Origin: a virus
Strand: one strand, 5' to 3'
DNA length: 64,000 bases
IMG/VR virus record: IMGVR_UViG_3300031949_000008
Span: 1 to 64,000 of that record
The notes under the pieces are model-generated. The model worked only from the letters and a program-made list of their open reading frames with translations, did not search any database and had not been told where the DNA came from. A program made the translations under genes and the position numbers. This document shows positions 58,353-64,000 of this stretch, in pieces (within the stretch, counting starts at the first letter, position 1; every line of letters begins with the position of its first letter).

Positions 58353-60290
58353 TTATTTTATAATAGGTAATGGAACTTTCCGCTGAGTTAAAATTTCTGC
58401 TACTGTTTGCCATACTAATTCTGGATTACCTGAATTAGATGCTGTAGCAATTCTATAACGTTCATCTTGTGTCAAAAATGGTTGTTTTTTACTCTGTAAA
58501 AATGTATTTACACTATCAAATACAGGTTTATTTTTATGTAATATAACTGTATCTATACTTGACCTAACAGCAGGATCATCTGTCCATGCTTTTAAAGTAT
58601 CATATGTTTTTGCCACATTAGGTGGGGCCATTTTAGCAGAAGTACTAAAAGGTTCTGGTAAATTGGCTGCAGTTGCGTCATCTGTAAATAATATCTCTAA
58701 TGGAGAGTGTTTATATTTATCAGAAAATATTTTTTCTTTAATTGGATTACCAACTGCTGCTTTAGCTTCTTGTTTAATCTTCTCAGCGACTTTAACTTCA
58801 ACTGGTGCATGTGGAGTTGGTGTTTTTGTTTCCAAACCCAATGCTGTACGCATTGTATCATTTTTAAAGAAATTTGCAGTGTCTTTATCTGTAAATATCT
58901 TATCAAATGACTTTAATCCAGGATCTCTTTCTATTAATGCTAATGCTTTTGCTTGAGCAGTATTCACATTTGTCATTGCTTGATATGCTTGTATATTTTT
59001 AGTTATAGCTTTTGCTCTTGCTATATCAGGTGGAGTCTGTGACATAGTACTTTGTAACTGTGTCCCCATATAATCTAAATATTCTTTACTCCCACCACGA
59101 GATATAAAACGTGCGCGATCTCTAGGCATTCCAGTATCTACTAAACCTTGTTCTGCTATATTCCAAAGAGCTTTCTGTTGGGTTTCCATTCGTTCTTCTG
59201 GAGTCTGATATAATTTTAATTGTCCAGTAGTTGGATCATACCCTTGTCGAATAATCTTAGCAGCTTCTTCAGATGGAACACCAAGATTTGATGCTACAGC
59301 CTTAATAAAAGGAAGGCTATTCATTAACTCTGGTTTTGATTTGGCAGCCACTTCTAAGAATTTTGCTTGTCTTTCTCTATCTGCTTCTTCTTTCTGTATT
59401 GTTTGTTGCAAGCCAAGAAGTTTAAGATTCGCTACTTGAGCTGCTCGTTGAACAATAAAATTACGTTTCTGAGTTGCTTTAGCTTCTATATCTGCTTCTT
59501 CTGTACGTATAACATCATAAGGTTCTTTTCCAGCAGATCGCTTTAAAGCCAATAATCGTCCAGCCTCACCTAACCATTCCAGCATATTACCAGGTTTTTT
59601 ATATTCTGGTTTAGGCAAATCTTCCCATTTAGGAATTACTTCATCCATAATCTGTTTAAGACTTTCCATAAAATCCGTCTTAGGTTTCCACGGCGTTATA
59701 CCTGCAGCAATATCTTCTTCTGTTGGTATTTCAGCTGGAGGAGGTACAACCGTAGGTGGTGTAACTTCTTCTGGTATAGGTACAAATTCTGGAGTTTCTA
59801 GTTTAGGAATTGTACTATACTGTGGCCCTCCAACTTGTTGTCCACTTTCAGGTATAGAAGGTGTTTGTCTTGTTGCTTTACTTACTGGTGCTGGCGAAAT
59901 TGGCTCATTGCCTTCATCTACATTAAATACTGCTGTTGATGGTTTAGTTTTACCAGTTTTACTTATAGAAATACCTTCTGGAGTTAAAGAAAGACGTGAA
60001 AGAAAATCTTCTATACTACCTTTAACATATTGAGATGCTCGTACTGGAGCAAATAATGTTTTTTCAATCCCTTCTTGTAGTGCTTGTGCCGAAGGGCTGG
60101 GGCCGATAACTGTACTTTCTGGAGTTTGTTTTATAGATATTGGAGAAAGTGATTTTAGAAAATTCATTAAAACTGATTGACTCTCTCCAGATGCTATCTG
60201 TGGTTCTGTTGTTAAATCTGGAACACTTCCAGGAAACATCATTTGTTGGTAATACTCCAAGATTCTTGGATTAATGCTATTTATATCCAT
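58353..60290 (-). CDS. Internal virion/ejection protein
   Basis: Pro-rich and helical; podovirus gene order. Confidence 0.5.
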   Translation of the reverse strand: MDINSINPRILEYYQQMMFPGSVPDLTTEPQIASGESQSVLMNFLKSLSPISIKQTPESTVIGPSPSAQALQEGIEKTLFAPVRASQYVKGSIEDFLSRLSLTPEGISISKTGKTKPSTAVFNVDEGNEPISPAPVSKATRQTPSIPESGQQVGGPQYSTIPKLETPEFVPIPEEVTPPTVVPPPAEIPTEEDIAAGITPWKPKTDFMESLKQIMDEVIPKWEDLPKPEYKKPGNMLEWLGEAGRLLALKRSAGKEPYDVIRTEEADIEAKATQKRNFIVQRAAQVANLKLLGLQQTIQKEEADRERQAKFLEVAAKSKPELMNSLPFIKAVASNLGVPSEEAAKIIRQGYDPTTGQLKLYQTPEERMETQQKALWNIAEQGLVDTGMPRDRARFISRGGSKEYLDYMGTQLQSTMSQTPPDIARAKAITKNIQAYQAMTNVNTAQAKALALIERDPGLKSFDKIFTDKDTANFFKNDTMRTALGLETKTPTPHAPVEVKVAEKIKQEAKAAVGNPIKEKIFSDKYKHSPLEILFTDDATAANLPEPFSTSAKMAPPNVAKTYDTLKAWTDDPAVRSSIDTVILHKNKPVFDSVNTFLQSKKQPFLTQDERYRIATASNSGNPELVWQTVAEILTQRKVPLPIIK

Positions 60291-60301
60291 ATTATCCCTC
60301 T

Positions 60302-61249
60302 TTATGCTGTTTTAACTCCACCTAATGCTGCTAACACTCCACCTAACTGACTCAAAAGTGACTGATCAGTTGATGCTTTATTAAATCCACCTGTACCACG
60401 TTCTACTGCTTGTAGAATATTTGCTAAATTAGCAATATTTCCTTGTGTATAAGTCTGTGGATAATTTGCCATTCCTAGTGCACTAGATAATTGATTAGGC
60501 ATAGCTATATTAGATGCTTGTTGTGCTTGTGCTTTAGCTTGTTGTAATGCTGTAGCTAATTGTGTCATATAATCATTTTCTTGAGAAACCTGTGAAATCA
60601 TATTCTGAACCACAGGGCCTTTAGAATATGCATTAGGAGCCACTCTACCTAATTTAGATGATAAGGCAGCTTCTCGTGCAGCCTGTGTCTGTGGTATCAT
60701 ATTTTCTGCATTCTGCCAAGTCTGTGCTGGAAATACATTTAAAAGTGATCCTAAATCCATTTGATTATATAATGATTGAGCTTGTGGTGTCATGGTAAGT
60801 GGTTGCTGTTGTGCAAGATTAAATACACTTTGTCCAGCTGGAGATGCGATAGGTGTTCTATTAATATCCATAGTCTGTGTTGGCGTTCCACCAGCTATTG
60901 ATGCAGCTGCTCCTCCTAATCCAAGTAAACCTTTACCTGTGGATGAAGATAAAAAGTTCAACAATCCAGAACCTAATGATCCAAGTGTACTACCAATTCC
61001 ACTAAGAAATGATCCACCAGTAGATGGAGAACTTGGAGATATCCAATTTCCTGCATCATCGCGCATATATCCTAAAGCTTCTGGATCAAACTGACTTACC
61101 CAGTCTTGGGCTGACTGAGTAGAATTATAAGGAGATGAATATGAGTCATTCATCCAACTCGTATCACTCAAAAATGAATTGAGATCAAAGCCTCCCATTC
61201 CACTTAAATCTCCACCAAAATCATATCCTGAGAAATCCCAATCTTCCAT
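60302..61249 (-). CDS. DNA transfer/ejection (pilot) protein
   Basis: Gly/Ser/Gln/Ala-rich with glycine-zipper segments. Confidence 0.55.
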   Translation of the reverse strand: MEDWDFSGYDFGGDLSGMGGFDLNSFLSDTSWMNDSYSSPYNSTQSAQDWVSQFDPEALGYMRDDAGNWISPSSPSTGGSFLSGIGSTLGSLGSGLLNFLSSSTGKGLLGLGGAAASIAGGTPTQTMDINRTPIASPAGQSVFNLAQQQPLTMTPQAQSLYNQMDLGSLLNVFPAQTWQNAENMIPQTQAAREAALSSKLGRVAPNAYSKGPVVQNMISQVSQENDYMTQLATALQQAKAQAQQASNIAMPNQLSSALGMANYPQTYTQGNIANLANILQAVERGTGGFNKASTDQSLLSQLGGVLAALGGVKTA

Positions 61250-61265
61250 ATTATTCTAGCTCCTT

Positions 61266-61811
61266 TTAGAAATGTATCCGAAATATTGTTAAATTGATAT
61301 GTTGTATAGTAATATCATTAGTATTTGTTAAATTTTGTACTTGTAATTTTATTGTATCATCATAACGTATTTCAAATGTACTATTACCAGATACATTGAA
61401 TACTTGATTTACTGCTAATACAGGGGCTACTAGATGCATTGTTGCAGTTGTCTGCCATACATTATTAATAGCAATAGCAAATTCAAAATCTTGTGTTCCA
61501 ACAGATACTGGATCAAATGCTATTGAATATAATATAATAGTATGACCTGTTATTAAACTTCTAAATTCTTTTGTATTTTCAAATATAAAACCACTTTCAT
61601 GATCAGCAGTATAACCATCAATATCTACAGGTGTTGCTGTAGCAGCAATACTTATTAACTGATTAAGATTATTAGCATACGCATGAGCATGTGGTGTCTG
61701 TTCTAAATCATTTATATGTTGTTCCAGTAAACGAATTCGCTCAGATAATGCAATTGCATTTTTCTGTGTCCATTTATCATCTAAAAGTAATGTTCCTCTA
61801 CTAATTCCCAT
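61266..61811 (-). CDS. Putative virion structural protein
   Basis: Coiled coil plus beta-sandwich; context. Confidence 0.5.
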   Translation of the reverse strand: MGISRGTLLLDDKWTQKNAIALSERIRLLEQHINDLEQTPHAHAYANNLNQLISIAATATPVDIDGYTADHESGFIFENTKEFRSLITGHTIILYSIAFDPVSVGTQDFEFAIAINNVWQTTATMHLVAPVLAVNQVFNVSGNSTFEIRYDDTIKLQVQNLTNTNDITIQHINLTIFRIHF

Positions 61812-61833
61812 TATAATACCTTATTATATTTGA

Positions 61834-63450
61834 TTAACTAACAAGTGTTCGTCCTTTAACAAGAAAATCTATTATTACTTTATGTATTGTCACAGTTGCA
61901 TTTAATTGATTTATAGCTAATTTAAATTTAAAAGAACGTAATGGTAATGTAAAATCTAATCTCTTTTCTGCAATATCTTTATTGTTGGCTAGAGATGAAA
62001 ATGTTTTTGTCACTACTGAACTAATATCATTCCAATCTGAATAACCTGTAAATGTTAATGTATAATCCTCTATACCTGTAGAATCAACAAATACAGAGAC
62101 TCTTAATATTCGTTTATTTATATCCGGATATCCAAAATCAATCCAAGGACTTATCCAATAGGAATTTAATGCAATACCTAAGTCATTTTCTGAGACACCA
62201 AATCGTTGTATAAATCCATCATATGATCCCATAGCCATAAATGTATCATGGGCGCCACCAGCATCTCCAATTTTTAAAGAATAGGTTTCATATGCATTTG
62301 GAAAATCTATATGCATTAACGCTCCACCATATAAAATATTAGATAAAGAAGCGATAGAAATTTCCCATTTACTCCAATTTTTAATGACTGGATCATAAAT
62401 ATATATCTTATTTTTTCGTTCAGAAGAACCATCTGCAATATTAAAAAATATTTGACCTTTTTCACCAAAATTATCAGCTTCAAATGCATATGAAGGCTCT
62501 AAATTAAATCTATTTGCGCTTCTTTCTATTTTATCTGTAATTGAGGAAGGTGGATTTACACCATTAAACATATAAAATCCATCATCAGAGATAAAATATA
62601 AAAGTCCTCCATCTTCACATATTGCATTGGGGCCAACACAACCAATACCACTATCAATTCTTTCCCAATCAAAAATAGATACTCCACCTACATATTTTAT
62701 AATATAGGTTCTATAACGTTTAAATACAACTAACATATCTTTAAATAACCACATAGCAGTAATAGTATCACCATCTTCATTATCTAAATCAATGAAGTTA
62801 GCAGATGGCCATACATTAGGATTAAGTCCATCATTCCATACAATACGATATCTATATCTTGTTCCACTAACAAGAATATTACCTGCAAATAAATAAGAAC
62901 CCCAAGAGGCAATAACTTTTGCACCAGATGGTGCTCCAGTATCTAACAATGGAGCAATATAATTACTACCTGTATATACGGCCAGAGGTAAATCACTACC
63001 ATAAGTCATAATAGCTGATCCAGCATATGCAGCGATATCTATCATATCATTAAGCCCAGGACTCCACGCTGCTAGAGCTGATCCAGATGCTGATACGGCT
63101 GTAAATATAGCCGAACCACCAGATACAGTGACAGATGCAATTGAAGCAGATGCAGCACCAGATACACAAGAAAAAGCTAAAGTAAATTCAGATGAGGAGG
63201 GATTTTGCCATTGATACATTCTAGTAATTGCTGAATTTTTCCAGGTAGATAGGTGTAATACTTCTCGTCCCTGTATCTTATTTAATGCATGTCGTGTATA
63301 AAAATCCATAGCATTGATATCAGAAGCAGGACAATCAGATAGTCTTATTTCCTGTTTAGTTATACCTTCTTTAGGAGATGCTAAACCCATACGAGTTACA
63401 ACATCTTCATCTATTAAACCTTGAGAAAATCCTTCAATTATTAGTCTCAT
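61834..63450 (-). CDS. Tail tubular/head-stabilization protein (P22 gp10/T7 gp12-like)
   Basis: Beta-propeller-like composition; GIGCVGPNAI, LYFIS.DGFY, W.DFG.P...KR. Confidence 0.7.
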   Translation of the reverse strand: MRLIIEGFSQGLIDEDVVTRMGLASPKEGITKQEIRLSDCPASDINAMDFYTRHALNKIQGREVLHLSTWKNSAITRMYQWQNPSSSEFTLAFSCVSGAASASIASVTVSGGSAIFTAVSASGSALAAWSPGLNDMIDIAAYAGSAIMTYGSDLPLAVYTGSNYIAPLLDTGAPSGAKVIASWGSYLFAGNILVSGTRYRYRIVWNDGLNPNVWPSANFIDLDNEDGDTITAMWLFKDMLVVFKRYRTYIIKYVGGVSIFDWERIDSGIGCVGPNAICEDGGLLYFISDDGFYMFNGVNPPSSITDKIERSANRFNLEPSYAFEADNFGEKGQIFFNIADGSSERKNKIYIYDPVIKNWSKWEISIASLSNILYGGALMHIDFPNAYETYSLKIGDAGGAHDTFMAMGSYDGFIQRFGVSENDLGIALNSYWISPWIDFGYPDINKRILRVSVFVDSTGIEDYTLTFTGYSDWNDISSVVTKTFSSLANNKDIAEKRLDFTLPLRSFKFKLAINQLNATVTIHKVIIDFLVKGRTLVS

Positions 63451-63451
63451 A

Positions 63452-64000
63452 TTAAAATAAGTCTACTGGCAATCGATGCATTGCAAAATATGTAAATGCA
63501 GTATTACCAAATATATAATCGTTTTCTAATGTTTTAGTATATGCTATTTTTATTGTATCACCTGGAACAAGAAATAATATAGAAAATGTATTTACTGTTT
63601 GGTATGGAGATGTTACAGCTTCATGTATGGGTCTATAAGTAGATTGATATAATATATTATTTTTATATACATGTAACCCCATAACAGGACGAGACGGAAA
63701 CCATTGTAATGATAAATAACATTGACTTATATCAGCAGAACATCCAGCAGAGGCTAGAGTTGCACTATAGCCGAATCCTTGTATACCAGATACTGAAGCA
63801 GCAGTCCAAGCTAAGCCAGTAGATGGATCAAGAGTCCAACGTTCATTATAATCTACGAAAGATGATGTCAACATAGTAGAAGTACCAAGATAATTAATAT
63901 CACCTTTTCGTAATACAGTAGCTGGTATTGTTTCAGCTTCTAAATAACATGTAGTATCACAGGTACAACCTGCTGATCCATATGTGGTATTATAACAAGT
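63452..64000 (-). CDS. Tail fibre-like protein, 5'-partial, with C1q-like C-terminus
   Basis: Frame is open to the window edge (TCYNTTYGSAGCTCDTTCY...); ends L.PGDTI...FTYFAMHRL. Confidence 0.55.
   Translation of the reverse strand, partial: TCYNTTYGSAGCTCDTTCYLEAETIPATVLRKGDINYLGTSTMLTSSFVDYNERWTLDPSTGLAWTAASVSGIQGFGYSATLASAGCSADISQCYLSLQWFPSRPVMGLHVYKNNILYQSTYRPIHEAVTSPYQTVNTFSILFLVPGDTIKIAYTKTLENDYIFGNTAFTYFAMHRLPVDLF

Noticed and set aside
710-61094. Numerous short opposite-strand or nested ORFs in the track (e.g. 11915..12301, 15278..15613, 56860..57384)
   Set aside because: Shadows of long, well-supported genes, with no recognisable motifs.
61888-61920. Extra TGTCACA hits (also near 42751 and 31270 on the minus strand)
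   Set aside because: They lie inside genes and lack the second box at the 15-nt spacing.
1-64000. tRNA genes, CRISPR arrays, integrase, DGR reverse transcriptase
   Set aside because: None recognised by eye; tRNAscan-SE and CRISPR finders would be needed to exclude them formally.

Overview
AT-rich tailed bacteriophage genome segment, probably podovirus-like and infecting an anaerobe (a PxxKW-type protein points to Desulfobacterota), read in the standard genetic code. Two arms converge at about 33,946. The + arm (1-33,945) carries two phiEco32-like COOH-NH2 ligases and a class II glutamine amidotransferase, a SNF2 helicase, a ParB-like protein, an intein-containing primase-helicase, a sigma factor, an intein-containing UDG-PolA fusion, nucleotide-pool enzymes, UvsY-like, SSB, RecA and SbcCD recombination genes, and many small ORFs and homing endonucleases. 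The - arm carries tail and ejection proteins, an ~11 kb glycan-synthesis operon (4 glycosyltransferases, 2 methyltransferases, a B12 radical SAM enzyme, GNAT, HAD, DegT) and a lysis cassette. Main observations beyond the ORF track: (1) eight otherwise unrelated small ORFs share an N-terminal MPLEILENK-type leader that is conserved at the protein level; (2) a phage-specific promoter-like motif, TGTCACA-N15-CTA(T/C)TTATATA, occurs in 4 copies plus 1 variant, one antisense to virion genes; (3) a candidate four-way-junction RNA lies at 19,836-19,957; (4) the glycosylation operon sits between virion and lysis genes. All assignments come from motif recognition by eye; no searches were run.
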